Positions 7,839 to 17,905 of a stretch of 34,749 bases of DNA are shown piece by piece. A program made the position numbers and the translations under genes. The stretch lies in contig JBCCXZ010000041.1 of assembly GCA_039190745.1 (NCBI GenBank), positions 1 through 34,749 on the forward strand. Direction: 5' to 3'. Position 1 is the stretch's first letter; every line of letters begins with the position of its first letter. Source of the stretch: Planctomycetota bacterium (GTDB lineage: Bacteria > Planctomycetota > Planctomycetia > Pirellulales > Lacipirellulaceae). The notes beneath the pieces are model-generated. The model saw nothing but the letters and a program-made list of their open reading frames with translations. It had not been told where the DNA came from and searched no databases.

Positions 7839-8522
7839 TCAGAAATCGCCGGATTCCAACTTTCGGCCAAACGTGATCGGCAACTCAACCATCTCCGGCA
7901 AACGCCCCAGGTATTCGTCGCGGCTGATCTCGACAGCCCCCATCCGCCCGGTGTGCGGCGTCCACTGCTGGACATCCACTAGCCGGTAGCCACGTGCAAC
8001 CAAGTGCGAAGCCAAGTGGCAGAGCGCCACCTTCGAGGCGTCGCGCTCGCGGTAGAACATGCTCTCGGCCGCGAAGAGCCCGCCCATTGACACGCCATAG
8101 ACGCCGCCGACGAGCCGGTCTTCTAGTCGGACCTCGACGCTGTGCGCGAACCCCAAACGATGGAGGCGGGTGTAGCCCTCGATCATCTCTTCGGTGATCC
8201 AGGTGCCGCCCTCGCGCCCGGGCCCGGCGGCACAGCACCGCATGACGCCCACGAAGTCGGTGTCGCACGCGACGGAAAATTTCTGGGAACGGAGTGTCCG
8301 ACGCAAGCGGGACGACACGTTCAGTCCATCCAGCGGCAGGATCGCCCGCGGGTCGGGCGACCACCACAGCATGGGGTCGTCCTCGTCGTTTGGCCAGGGA
8401 AAGATGCCGTGCCGGTAGGCGTCCAGCATCAGTTCGGGCGACAGATCGCCCCCGACGTTCACGAGCCCGTCGGGGCCCGATTGGGCCGGGTCGTCGAAAA
8501 AGCGGGGCAGGCCGTGTTTCAC
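7839..8522 (-). CDS. aat: Leucyl/phenylalanyl-tRNA--protein transferase
   Basis: GGDLSPE..LDAY.HGIFPW, WWSPDPR, TWI, AHSVEV, LVGGVYGV..G.LF.AESMF, DASKVAL and DVQ. Start estimated at GTG 8522; the ORF is open to 8621. Confidence 0.92.
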   Translation of the reverse strand: MKHGLPRFFDDPAQSGPDGLVNVGGDLSPELMLDAYRHGIFPWPNDEDDPMLWWSPDPRAILPLDGLNVSSRLRRTLRSQKFSVACDTDFVGVMRCCAAGPGREGGTWITEEMIEGYTRLHRLGFAHSVEVRLEDRLVGGVYGVSMGGLFAAESMFYRERDASKVALCHLASHLVARGYRLVDVQQWTPHTGRMGAVEISRDEYLGRLPEMVELPITFGRKLESGDF

Positions 8523-8694
8523 AGGGGTTCCGGGGCCTCGCCTCTCTGCGGTGCGAGCGGTTTTGGGGTAACGCCACCCCCGCAGGATGCGATTATCGCT
8601 GCGGCACGGTATAATCTGCAACCGGATAGAGTTCTTTTTTCCAAGTCCGAAAGCCGCTCCGCCACTTCAGGCCACGCCACCTCAGGACGAAGCG

Positions 8695-9921
8695 ATGCAC
8701 GACGCGAAGCACGACGACGCAACGCCGTCGGTAGACTCGCCTGAAGAAGCCCCAGCGGCCGCAGTGGACACGGGTATTCCCAAGCACCACCCGCTGCCGC
8801 CCCTGGACGCCCAATTAGCGGTCCTTCGGTACAACGCCCGGCTGAACCGGCTGCTTTGGGTCTTCGGGGCGCTCCTCGCGGCTCTCGTTGCCCCGATCAT
8901 CGTCAGCCGTACCCAGTACGCCATCACCGAAGCCAAGGAGCGCGCCGAGGCAGACGTCGCCCGTGACATCCTCGGCGACGTGAACCTAGACCAAATCTCG
9001 TTTGCTTTCCGCACACTGCCGAAGGCCGTGAGCCCCAGCGTCGTGAGCATCCGCACCGCCGGGCAGCGGGGCGAAGGTCAGGGCTCAGGCGTCATTGTCG
9101 ACGAGCAAGGCTACATCGTCACCAACGCCCACGTCGTACGCGGGGCCGCTACAGCGGAGGTGCAGCTCAGTGACGGTCGGAGTGGTGTTGCATCGCTCAT
9201 CGGGAAAGACAAGCACCTCGACATCGCGGTGCTGAAGACCGAGATGGAAAACCTGCTCGCCGCCGAGTGGGGAGACAGCGACGCCCTCGACGTGGGGGAC
9301 ATGGTTTGGGCGCTCGGCAGCCCGTTCGGTCTTGAGAAGAGCATTACTTTCGGCATCGTCAGCGCGAAGGAACGCCGCGACATCGGCGGACGGCAACGTT
9401 CGGTCTACCAGGAGTTCTTGCAGACAGACGCCGCGGTAAACCCCGGCAACAGCGGCGGACCGCTCGTCAACTACGAGGGCAAGGTCGTCGGCATCAACAC
9501 CGCCATCATCGGCCCCTCGTACCAGGGGATCAGCTTCTCCATCCCCAGCACGCTCGCCAAAGGTGTGTACCAGCAAATACTCGAGAACGGCAGCGTCGAA
9601 CGCGGCTACCTCGGCATCCGGCCGGTGTCGATCGACCGCAAGCTATCGCGGGAACTCGGCGTCGACGTCGGCGGCGGGGTGTTCGTCGGACTCGTCGAAA
9701 AAAACACGCCGGCCGACGACGCCGGCATGCGTAAGGGCGACGTCATCATCAGCTGGAACGGCCAGTCCGTGAACGACCCCACCGTCATGAGCCGGGCCAT
9801 CGGCGCCACGCGGATCGGCTCGGAGGTCGAAGTCAAAGTCCTCCGCCAGAGCGACGACGGCTTCCAAGAAAAAACGCTCAACGTGCTGGTTGTCTCACGC
9901 CCGCCGGACGAGTCCTTCTAA
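8695..9921 (+). CDS. Membrane-anchored HtrA/DegS-family serine protease (trypsin domain plus one PDZ)
   Basis: TM helix, GSGVI..GYIVTNAHVV, DIAVLK, QTDAAVNPGNSGGPL and a C-terminal PDZ (GYLGI..TPA..AGMRKGDVI). ATG 8695 follows AGGA; TATAAT at 8610-8615. Confidence 0.9.
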   Translation: MHDAKHDDATPSVDSPEEAPAAAVDTGIPKHHPLPPLDAQLAVLRYNARLNRLLWVFGALLAALVAPIIVSRTQYAITEAKERAEADVARDILGDVNLDQISFAFRTLPKAVSPSVVSIRTAGQRGEGQGSGVIVDEQGYIVTNAHVVRGAATAEVQLSDGRSGVASLIGKDKHLDIAVLKTEMENLLAAEWGDSDALDVGDMVWALGSPFGLEKSITFGIVSAKERRDIGGRQRSVYQEFLQTDAAVNPGNSGGPLVNYEGKVVGINTAIIGPSYQGISFSIPSTLAKGVYQQILENGSVERGYLGIRPVSIDRKLSRELGVDVGGGVFVGLVEKNTPADDAGMRKGDVIISWNGQSVNDPTVMSRAIGATRIGSEVEVKVLRQSDDGFQEKTLNVLVVSRPPDESF

Positions 9922-10012
9922 CTGAGAACGAAAGCATCTCGCGGCGGCCGATCGCTCCGCGTAGATCAGATCAGCACCGGCAAACCAGCACGGGCAGGCC
10001 AGGACGGGGCAC

Positions 10013-11881
10013 GTGGCAGCAGACTGGCAGGACGCAAAAGAGCAGGTGCGGCAAGCGGTCGATATCGTCGACCTGGTCGGCGGCTACGTCTCACTCCGCC
10101 GGCAGGGCAGGGGATACGTCGGCATCTGCCCCTGGCACGACGACTCCAAGCCCAGCCTGCAAGTGAACCCCGAACGCCAGTCCTTCAAGTGCTGGGTCTG
10201 CGACATCGGGGGCGACATCTTCAGCTTCATCATGAAGGTCGAGGGCGTTGATTTTCGCGAGGCGCTCGAGATGCTCGCCGACCGCGCCGGGATCGAGCTG
10301 CGGCAGGCGCGGAGCGCCGACGCCGAGTCGGAGTTCGACCGCCGCAACCTCTACCGCGTCGCCGCCTGGGCGGAGCAGCAGTTCCACCAGCGGCTGAAGC
10401 AAGCCGCCGACGCCGAGCCCGCCCGCCGCTACCTCGCCGACCGCGGCATCTCGCCCGAGAGCGTCGACCGCTTCCACATCGGGTTCGCCCCCAACGAGTG
10501 GGACTGGCTGCTGAAGCAGGCCGCAGGCGCCGGCATCAGCGGCGCCGTCATGGAACGCATCGGCCTTGCCGCTACGGGCCACAACTCCGACCGCCGTTAC
10601 GACCGCTTCCGCGGCCGGCTAATCTTTCCCATCCGCGACACGCGCTCGCGTGCGATCGCCTTCGGCGGCCGCGTGCTCCCCGGCGTCGGCGACGGCAAGG
10701 AGGCTGCTAAGTACATCAACAGCCCCGAGACGCCGCTGTTCAGCAAGAGCAACCAGCTCTACGCGCTCGACCTGGCGCGTGAGGGCATCGGACGTGAGGG
10801 CGGCGTTGTAGTTATGGAGGGCTACACCGACGTCGTGATGGCGCACCAGCACGGCGTGACTAATACCGTCGCGGTGCTCGGCACGGCGCTCGGCGAGAAG
10901 CACGTGCCGCTTGTACGACGGTTCACCGACCGCGTGACGCTGGTGCTCGACGGCGATCAAGCCGGGCAGGATCGCACCATGAGCATCCTCGATAGCTTGC
11001 TAGCACTCTTCGTAAAAAAAGAAATCGATTTACGGATTCTCACCTTGCCCGGCGGCAGCGATCCATGTGATGTTATTGCCTCGCAAGGACGCGAGAGTTT
11101 CGACTCAAAGGTTCGCCAAGCAGTCGACCCAATCGAATACAAGATCAACGCTGAGACCAAGGGATTGGACACAGCAACTGATACCCACCGCGCTTCGCAG
11201 GCGTTAGAGAGAATCCTGAGCACGGTTGCGAAAGCAAGTGGCTCGAACTCTCAGAAGTCTGCCGCGATGCTCCGCGAGCAGCAGGTGCTCTCACGCCTCT
11301 CGCACGAGTTTGGCATCGGCGAAGAACCGCTCCGCCTGCGTCTCTCCGAGGTCCGCCGGCAGCAGTCCAACCAGGACCACTCATCGCCCCGTCGCTTCGA
11401 CGCGGCCCTCGAGGTCATTTCCCAGCCGCATTCGCGCTCGATCCCCGCATTCGACCGGGAAGTCATTGAACTCTTGCTCCACGCCCCGGACACGCACGGC
11501 GGTTTGTTCGGCGCCATCGGGGAGACCGATTTCCGACACCCAGCGGCCCAGGCCTTGTTCGCCGAGGCCCTCGCGATCCACGACCGGGGGGAAGCCCCCA
11601 CCTTCGATACATTAATGCTCGGAGCCGAAGACCCCGAGTTGAAGAGCTTGATCGTCGAATGCGACGAGAGCGGAGCCCAGAAGTCCAACAGCGACACGGC
11701 CCGCCGACTGCAGGACCTGCTCGGCCAGAAACAGAGCAACGAAGAGAAGGCCCGCCACGAGTCGATGCTCGCCGGGTTCCGCAAAAGAGAACTCACCCCG
11801 GAGAAAGAGGACGAGTGTCTTGGCGAGTTGTTCCAAGACCTCAGCCGCCGCCAGGCAAGTTCCAAACCCACGGACGGGTAA
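10013..11881 (+). CDS. dnaG: DNA primase
   Basis: CPWH...C..C zinc finger, [26 protein letters not shown], and EGYTDV, LGTAL, DGD TOPRIM motifs. Confidence 0.97.
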   Translation: MAADWQDAKEQVRQAVDIVDLVGGYVSLRRQGRGYVGICPWHDDSKPSLQVNPERQSFKCWVCDIGGDIFSFIMKVEGVDFREALEMLADRAGIELRQARSADAESEFDRRNLYRVAAWAEQQFHQRLKQAADAEPARRYLADRGISPESVDRFHIGFAPNEWDWLLKQAAGAGISGAVMERIGLAATGHNSDRRYDRFRGRLIFPIRDTRSRAIAFGGRVLPGVGDGKEAAKYINSPETPLFSKSNQLYALDLAREGIGREGGVVVMEGYTDVVMAHQHGVTNTVAVLGTALGEKHVPLVRRFTDRVTLVLDGDQAGQDRTMSILDSLLALFVKKEIDLRILTLPGGSDPCDVIASQGRESFDSKVRQAVDPIEYKINAETKGLDTATDTHRASQALERILSTVAKASGSNSQKSAAMLREQQVLSRLSHEFGIGEEPLRLRLSEVRRQQSNQDHSSPRRFDAALEVISQPHSRSIPAFDREVIELLLHAPDTHGGLFGAIGETDFRHPAAQALFAEALAIHDRGEAPTFDTLMLGAEDPELKSLIVECDESGAQKSNSDTARRLQDLLGQKQSNEEKARHESMLAGFRKRELTPEKEDECLGELFQDLSRRQASSKPTDG

Positions 11882-11957
11882 GGTGCCCAGCGCGGCCGTA
11901 GCGCTCTCCGCGGAGCGCAGATTTCCCCGTAGCACAGGATGTGCGAAAGGAAGCCCG

Positions 11958-13655
11958 ATGACCCAGTCGATTGCCTACCTCCGCTCGCTCGCTGCCGAAG
12001 CCCGCCAAACCGGTCAGCTCACCTACGAGCAGGTCAACCGGTTCCTGCCCGACGAAACCGACAACGCCGCCCACGTCGACCTGCTGCTCGACATGCTCGA
12101 CGGCCTCAAGGTCCGGCTCATCGACGACCAGCCGCTCCGGATGGAGGAGACCGGCGACGACGGCGAGTCGCTCCTCACCGAAGACCTGCCGAAGCTCACC
12201 GACGACCCCATCCGAATGTACCTCTCGCAGATGTGCCGCGTGGCGCTGCTCTCGCGCGAGGAAGAGGTCTCGCTAGCCAAGCGGATCGAGATCTCGCGCA
12301 AGCGGTTCCGCCGCAACATCCTCCGCTCGTTCGCCGCGCTCGAGGCCACGGTCGAGACGCTCACCCGAGTGCACCAAGGCGAGTTGCCGTTCGACCGCAC
12401 AATTAAGATCTCGCTAACCGAGCGGCTCACCAAAGAGCAGATATCGGCCCGCATGCCGCACAACCTGCCGACCCTCCGCCGCTTGATGGAGCAGCAGCGG
12501 GTCGATTTCCGTGTGATGGCCAGCAAAAGCGCCTCGGCAGAATCTAAGCGTCAGGCCAAGGCACGCTTCACGACCCGCCGGGCGAAGATGCTCCGTCTGG
12601 TCGAAGAGCTCAGCCTCCGCACCAAGCGCGTGGCCCCGCAGATGGAGGTGCTCGAAGAGCTTTCCAAGCGGATGGACCGCACTCAGAAGCACCTCCGCGA
12701 CCTTGAAGCCAGCGACGCGCCGGCCACGCGGACCGAGCCCGTCCGCCGCGAGCTGAAAAAGCTGATGCTTCAGACGCTCGAAACGCCCAGCAGCCTCCGC
12801 CGCCGCTGCCGCGAACTCCGCGCCCAGCTCACCGAGTTTGAGCGGGTGAAGCGCGACCTCTCGAGCGGCAATCTGCGGCTGGTGGTGTCGATCGCCAAGA
12901 AGTACCGCAACCGCGGCATGAGCTTCCTCGACCTCATCCAGGAAGGCAACACCGGCCTGATGCGTGCGGTCGACAAGTACGAGTACCGCCGCGGCTTCAA
13001 GTTCTCCACCTACGCCACGTGGTGGATCCGCCAAGCGATCACCCGTGCAATTGCCGATCAGGCCCGCACGATCCGCATCCCCGTCCATATGATCGACGTG
13101 CTCAGCAAGCTGCAACAGACGGCCAAGCGACTTCAACATGAGCTGGGACGCCTGCCGACGGTTGAGGAGACCGCCGACGCCGCCGGCATCAGCCTCGAAG
13201 AGAGCCAGCACGTCATGGACATCGGCCGCACGCCTGTGAGCCTCGACCGACCCATCGGCGAGGGCGAGGACTGCAGCTTCGGTGAGTTGGTTGAGGATTC
13301 CCACTCCGACAACCCGCTCAATCTGGCCAACAACGGCCTGCTGCGGGAGAAGATCGACGACCTGCTGAAGACGCTCACCTACCGTGAGCGGGAGATCGTC
13401 CGGCTCCGCTACGGCCTGGTCGACGGTTACTGCTACACCCTGGAAGAAGTTGGACGCATCTTCCGGGTCACCCGCGAACGGGTGCGGCAGATCGAGGCCA
13501 AGGCGGTGGCCAAGCTGCAGCACCCGGTACGCAGCGCCGAGCTGGTCGAGTACGTCGCCGACAGCCCGGTCGTCGAAGAAGACGACATCTGGGCCGATGG
13601 GAGTGATACCGAAGTCGCTGAGGTCGAGGCCTCCGATATTGCCGCTGCCGCGTAG
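11958..13655 (+). CDS. rpoD: RNA polymerase primary sigma70 factor
   Basis: Region 1.1, [50 protein letters not shown] and [17 protein letters not shown]. Follows dnaG; RBS GAAAGGA before ATG 11958. Confidence 0.93.
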   Translation: MTQSIAYLRSLAAEARQTGQLTYEQVNRFLPDETDNAAHVDLLLDMLDGLKVRLIDDQPLRMEETGDDGESLLTEDLPKLTDDPIRMYLSQMCRVALLSREEEVSLAKRIEISRKRFRRNILRSFAALEATVETLTRVHQGELPFDRTIKISLTERLTKEQISARMPHNLPTLRRLMEQQRVDFRVMASKSASAESKRQAKARFTTRRAKMLRLVEELSLRTKRVAPQMEVLEELSKRMDRTQKHLRDLEASDAPATRTEPVRRELKKLMLQTLETPSSLRRRCRELRAQLTEFERVKRDLSSGNLRLVVSIAKKYRNRGMSFLDLIQEGNTGLMRAVDKYEYRRGFKFSTYATWWIRQAITRAIADQARTIRIPVHMIDVLSKLQQTAKRLQHELGRLPTVEETADAAGISLEESQHVMDIGRTPVSLDRPIGEGEDCSFGELVEDSHSDNPLNLANNGLLREKIDDLLKTLTYREREIVRLRYGLVDGYCYTLEEVGRIFRVTRERVRQIEAKAVAKLQHPVRSAELVEYVADSPVVEEDDIWADGSDTEVAEVEASDIAAAA

Positions 13656-13683
13656 CGGAATGCTCGGCAGAAAGAAGTAAGCC

Positions 13684-13720
13684 AGCGGGCCGGGGAGCTA
13701 TCCCCGGCCCGCTTTCTTTT
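13684..13720 (+). terminator. Intrinsic terminator after rpoD
   Basis: Perfect 13-bp stem AGCGGGCCGGGGA-GCTA-TCCCCGGCCCGCT followed by TTCTTTT. Confidence 0.85.
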
Positions 13721-13839
13721 GGCAGTTGACCGTCAGGCGCTGCTCCTCGATGAGGGCACCGGCTACAATGCCCAGACCGGCCGACTTGTCAGGCGAGGCC
13801 GTTCTCTAGATAAAACGTGTCCCCCGAGGTCAGCTTGCT

Positions 13840-14544
13840 ATGCCCGTTTCCGCGGCAGCGCTACGAGAAATCCACAGCATCCACAGCCAGTTGACCGACC
13901 TCAGGGACCGGCTCGACCGCGGCCCTCGGCAGGTGAAGGCCCGCGAGTCGGGGGTCCGAAACCTCGAGTCGGATTTGGCGGCGGTGCGGGAGAGCGTCAA
14001 AGAGACGAAGCTGCTGATCGACAAGAAGCAGCTCGACCTGAAGACCGGCGAGGGAAAGATCGCCGACCTGCAGGTGAAACTCAACGGGTGCAGCAGCAAC
14101 AAAGAGTTCCACGCCCTTCAGGAACAGATCGCCGCGTCGGAGATGGCCGGCAGCGTGCTCGCGGACGAAATCCTCGAGGCGATGGAAAAAGTCGATGAGC
14201 TGGAGGTAAAGGTTGGCGAGGCGGTCAAGACCGTCGAAGAAGCCAAGACCGAACTCGCCGGGTTCCGCGACAAGATCGCCACCGAAGCCGCCGCCGTGCA
14301 GGGCGACATCGACCGGCTAGAGACCGAGCTCGCCACCGCCGAGAAGCAGATCCCCGCGGACTTCAAGCAAGACTACCGGCGGCTCATCCGCAGCAAGGGC
14401 GCCGAGGGCCTCGCCGAGGTTGAAGGCGGCGTTTGTCAGGCCTGCGGCAGATCGGTCACCATCAACATGCAGAACAACCTCCTGCTCTCGAAGCCAGAGT
14501 TCTGCACCGCCTGCGGGTGTCTGCTGTACATGGATGCTTCCTAG
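13840..14544 (+). CDS. Coiled-coil C4 zinc-ribbon protein (DUF164 / CT398-HP0958-like)
   Basis: Long charged coiled coil followed by C-terminal CQAC...CTACG. Located downstream of rpoD. Confidence 0.85.
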   Translation: MPVSAAALREIHSIHSQLTDLRDRLDRGPRQVKARESGVRNLESDLAAVRESVKETKLLIDKKQLDLKTGEGKIADLQVKLNGCSSNKEFHALQEQIAASEMAGSVLADEILEAMEKVDELEVKVGEAVKTVEEAKTELAGFRDKIATEAAAVQGDIDRLETELATAEKQIPADFKQDYRRLIRSKGAEGLAEVEGGVCQACGRSVTINMQNNLLLSKPEFCTACGCLLYMDAS

Positions 14545-14606
14545 CCACGTTGTGCTCAGTCTGTCGACGCACTTTACACAACGTCCCCAGACGTGCAGAA
14601 TAATGG

Positions 14607-14641
14607 AATGGGTCGCCCGAAGGGGTGACCCGTTTTGTTTT
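14607..14641 (+). terminator. Terminator-like hairpin upstream of greA
   Basis: AATGGGTCGCCC-GAAG-GGGTGACCCGTT followed by TTGTTTT. Confidence 0.6.
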
Positions 14642-14743
14642 GGTACCCGGATAGTATGGGTACAGGGCCCCCGGCGAGCAGGCGTGTTGGGCAGCACCGC
14701 CGGCCGCGACAGCGACGCCGTAAGCGCGTCGATCGAGGCGATG

Positions 14744-15226
14744 ATGACGCAAAGAACGCCGATGACCCGCGTGGGTTACGAGAAGCTCCGCAAGGAACTG
14801 GACGAGATGGAAAACGTCCAGATGCCCGAAATCGAGAAGCGTATCGCCGACGCCCGCGCCGAGGGCGACCTCAAGGAGAACGCTGAGTACCACGGCGCCC
14901 GCGAGAGTCAGGGCATGCTGCAGGCAAAGATCAATCTGCTCAAAGACAAGCTCTCTCGTGCCGAACTCGTCGATATGTCGACGCTTCCTAAGGACCAAGT
15001 CGTCTTCGGTGCGACCGTCAAAGTGAAGGACCTCGACTTCGGCGACGACGAGGAGTTTACCTTCGTCGGCGAAGGCTAGGAGGACTACGACGAGGGCAAG
15101 ATCTTGATCACCAGCCCGCTCGGCCAAGGACTGCTGGGCAAGAAGGTCGGTGAGAAGGCCGAGATCGAAGTCCCCGCAGGGGTGAACAAGTTCGAGATCC
15201 TCGAGATCCGCTTCGAAGAAGCCTAG
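14744..15226 (+). pseudogene. greA: Transcription elongation factor GreA interrupted by an in-frame TAG at 15077-15079
   Basis: [11 protein letters not shown]...[18 protein letters not shown]...VVFGATV...[47 protein letters not shown]. The frame continues 48 codons to TAG 15224-15226; about 160 aa if read through. Confidence 0.88.
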
Positions 15227-16239
15227 GCGTTTCGCTCCTCTGACGAGAAAGCGTAAACGGTCGTCTGGCGGTAGGTCTCTCCCGGCCTCAGAACGCACGA
15301 GGGGAAGTCTGGTTTGTTCGGTGCATCGGGGAAGTTCTGCGCTTCCAGGCAGAACGCTGAGAACCCCGGATAGTCGCGACCGCCTTTTCCGATCGGGCCC
15401 GCCAGGAAGTTGGCCGTGTAGAGCTGCACCCCGGGCTGATCGGTCGCCATGTGCATGACGCGGCCCGACGCCGGGTCGTGCACCACTGCGCATGGCCTGA
15501 GTTTTCCCGGCTCGCCGTCGATGACATAGTTGTGGTCGTACCCGCCCTTGGCCGACCGGCGGAGCGGCTCGATGTCTTGCCCCAAAGGCTTCGGAGAGCG
15601 GAAGTCGAGCGGGGTGCCGGCCACCGCCGCGATTTCGCCTGTGGGGACGCTGGTGTCGTCGCTCGGAGTGTACCGCGAGGCGTGCAGCTGCAGCACATGA
15701 TCCAGCGCGCTGCGTGAGCCGTGCCCGCTGAGGTTGAAGTAGCTGTGGTTGGTGAGATTAATGATTGTGGGCTTGTCGGTCGTCGCCTCGTAATCGATCC
15801 GCAACTCTCCGGACTCCGTGAGCGTGTAGACCACCGTCAGGGAAAGCTCCCCGGGGAAGCCCTCCTCTCCGTCGGGGCTGGTGTAGCGGAAGCGGACCCC
15901 GACGCCCTCGGCATTCTCGAATGGCTCCCCGCTCCATTCCACCTTGTCGAGCGCCCGTTCGGCGCCGCCGTGCAGCGTGTGCTCACCGAGGTTCTGGGCC
16001 AGGCGGTACTCGACGCCATCGAGCGTGAATCGACCCCCCGCAATCCGATTGGCGAAGCGCCCCGTCGTGCAGCCGAAGTGGGCGTTGCCGTCCGAGGCGT
16101 AGCCAGCCGCGTCGTCGAAACCGAGCACCACATCCGCCAGCTCGCCTCGGGCGTCCGGGACGTGCAGCTCAGCGAGCGTCGCCCCGCGGGTGATCCAGCG
16201 GGCGCGGTAGCCGCTCTTTGTTTCGCAGCGGTAGTCCAT
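15223..16239 (-). CDS. galM: Aldose 1-epimerase (galactose mutarotase)
   Basis: [54 protein letters not shown] and FCLEAQ.FPD.PN. Its stop overlaps the greA stop (CTAG). Confidence 0.95.
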   Translation of the reverse strand: MDYRCETKSGYRARWITRGATLAELHVPDARGELADVVLGFDDAAGYASDGNAHFGCTTGRFANRIAGGRFTLDGVEYRLAQNLGEHTLHGGAERALDKVEWSGEPFENAEGVGVRFRYTSPDGEEGFPGELSLTVVYTLTESGELRIDYEATTDKPTIINLTNHSYFNLSGHGSRSALDHVLQLHASRYTPSDDTSVPTGEIAAVAGTPLDFRSPKPLGQDIEPLRRSAKGGYDHNYVIDGEPGKLRPCAVVHDPASGRVMHMATDQPGVQLYTANFLAGPIGKGGRDYPGFSAFCLEAQNFPDAPNKPDFPSCVLRPGETYRQTTVYAFSSEERNA

Positions 16240-16486
16240 CGCGGGTGATTCCTGTCGGCTCGGGCGTGTGCTTGGCTAGATTTTCTAAACGCGGCCGGTC
16301 GTGGGCACAAGGCAAAGACCAACCCGATGCCCGGAGCCGGCAATAGAAGCTGAGCCGCCAGCAGGCCCGAGAGTGCCAGAAGGCCCTGAGCACAGTGAAG
16401 CGACACGGAGAAGAGAAGTGTCGCCTGAACCCGAGGCCCTAGCTAGAATGAATTTTCATCTCACTACATCACCACTTGGTGCGTCG

Positions 16487-17134
16487 ATGCCGCGGACTCT
16501 TGTCATCCTAGCCGCCTTGTTCCTCGTGCCCCTGGCGACTCAACCCGGCTACGGCCAGGGCGGCGCAGGTTTCCAACAGCAGCAGGGCTTCGGGCAGGGC
16601 CAGCCGGGCGGCTTCGGGACTGGCGGCCGAGGCGCCGGGGCGCGCAACGCCGGCCCGCAGGAGCGCGCAGGTCCGCGTGCAGGCGACACGCAAAACCTCG
16701 CCCAGCAGCAAGGCTTCGTAGGCCGCAACGCCAACGACGTACGGCAAAACTTCCGCAACATGGGCGGACGCCAGCGACGCGACATGATGTTCGACTTCGT
16801 GGTCGAGAACCTCAATGAGATGCGCGACCGCCGCAACCGCCGCCGCAACCGCCGTAACCAGCCGCCGCCGGTGCGAGTGCGGCTCAACCCCTCGTTCGAG
16901 GTGGCTCCCTCCCCGGAGTCGCTGCCCGCAACGACTGCCGCCCCGCGACTGGCCAGTGCTTTGAAGCTCAAGGATATCGGAGACGCCCGCGTCGAGGTGA
17001 ACGGCCGCGTCGCCACTCTTTACGGCACCGCGGACAGCCCAGAATCGAAGCGGCTCATCGAAAAACTCGTATCGCTCGAGCCGGGCATCGACCGGATCGA
17101 GAACCTGCTCGAAGTCGCCCCTTCCTCGGAGTAG
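16487..17134 (+). CDS. Secreted protein with a C-terminal BON domain
   Basis: Signal peptide MPRTLVILAALFLVPLA, G/Q-rich linker, then VEVNGRVATLYGTADS..LVSLEPGIDRIENLL (BON-like). Start could also be ATG 16448. Confidence 0.7.
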   Translation: MPRTLVILAALFLVPLATQPGYGQGGAGFQQQQGFGQGQPGGFGTGGRGAGARNAGPQERAGPRAGDTQNLAQQQGFVGRNANDVRQNFRNMGGRQRRDMMFDFVVENLNEMRDRRNRRRNRRNQPPPVRVRLNPSFEVAPSPESLPATTAAPRLASALKLKDIGDARVEVNGRVATLYGTADSPESKRLIEKLVSLEPGIDRIENLLEVAPSSE

Positions 17135-17154
17135 CCGAGCGCCGGTTCGCAGAC

Positions 17155-17904
17155 TTACAGCTTCTTAGGGAGTTGTATCGTCGAGACGCTCATCGCCTTT
17201 TTCTTCGGCTCTGCGGCCACTGGCGTTGGGGGTAGTTCTTCTGTCGCAGAAGCCTGACGGACTCCGCCGGCCAGTTGGGGCGCTACCGTGCTGCTCCGCA
17301 CCTGCGTCCCGTGAAAGGACTTCTCGCCGCCCTGAGTGCCCTGCCCAGAGAGGTGGTGCTTCGTTTGCTCGCTCAGCAGCACCGGGCCGTCGACAGACTC
17401 GAATCGGGCGATCAGACTGATCTTCTTAACCTCGCCGCCGACCCCGTCCCAGGGCAGCCAGAAGCTGTACGACGGCCCAAGGCTTGAAGCACTCTCGTGC
17501 TTCGCAAACTGCTCGGCCGGGAAGATGAACCGCCGCGTGGGCTGCGTTTCGTGCAACTGCCGGTTCGTCTCGTCGAACGCGTAGACTACGAGCTGCCCGT
17601 CGACACGTATCGGCTCCTCCGATTCGTCGTTGAAGAACGAAAGCCTCCCGCCGAAGCCCCGTTGCGGAGCCCTGCCGCCCCTGTTGAGGACGGTGTTCGA
17701 CCAGGAAGTGACAACCCTGGTTGGAACCTGCGGTTCTCCATCGCCGCCGCCGAGGCCAATCTTTTGCTTGAAGCCTGAAAAGCCATCCGAGAGCGTCTTC
17801 GTCGGGCCCTTCCAGGCGCAACCCGGCAACACGGCCACGGCTATTCCTGCCAGCAGCACCGCACGGCCCGCGTATCGGATTGGGGTTCGGGGGACGCGGC
17901 TCAT
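17155..17904 (-). CDS. Hypothetical lipoprotein at the end of the T2SS operon
   Basis: Lipobox VLPG-C. Starts 1 bp after the secretin stop. Core includes RGFGGRL.F..VDGQLVVYAFD..GPSYSFWLPWD. Confidence 0.7.
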   Translation of the reverse strand: MSRVPRTPIRYAGRAVLLAGIAVAVLPGCAWKGPTKTLSDGFSGFKQKIGLGGGDGEPQVPTRVVTSWSNTVLNRGGRAPQRGFGGRLSFFNDESEEPIRVDGQLVVYAFDETNRQLHETQPTRRFIFPAEQFAKHESASSLGPSYSFWLPWDGVGGEVKKISLIARFESVDGPVLLSEQTKHHLSGQGTQGGEKSFHGTQVRSSTVAPQLAGGVRQASATEELPPTPVAAEPKKKAMSVSTIQLPKKL

Positions 17905-17905
17905 C

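Noticed and set aside
10980..11260. Locally AT-richer stretch inside dnaG (similar in nadE, ~700-1100)
   Set aside because: The reading frame and domain continuity are intact, with no intein, intron or insertion boundaries.
14420..15079. 219-aa ORF call as an N-terminally extended GreA
   Set aside because: The extension overlaps the upstream gene and crosses a terminator hairpin. GreA similarity starts at 14741/14744 and continues past the TAG.
15077..15079. Genome-wide TAG reassignment or pyrrolysine coding
   Set aside because: Many genes here end at TAG at their expected C-termini, and no pyl genes or suppressor tRNA are visible in the window.
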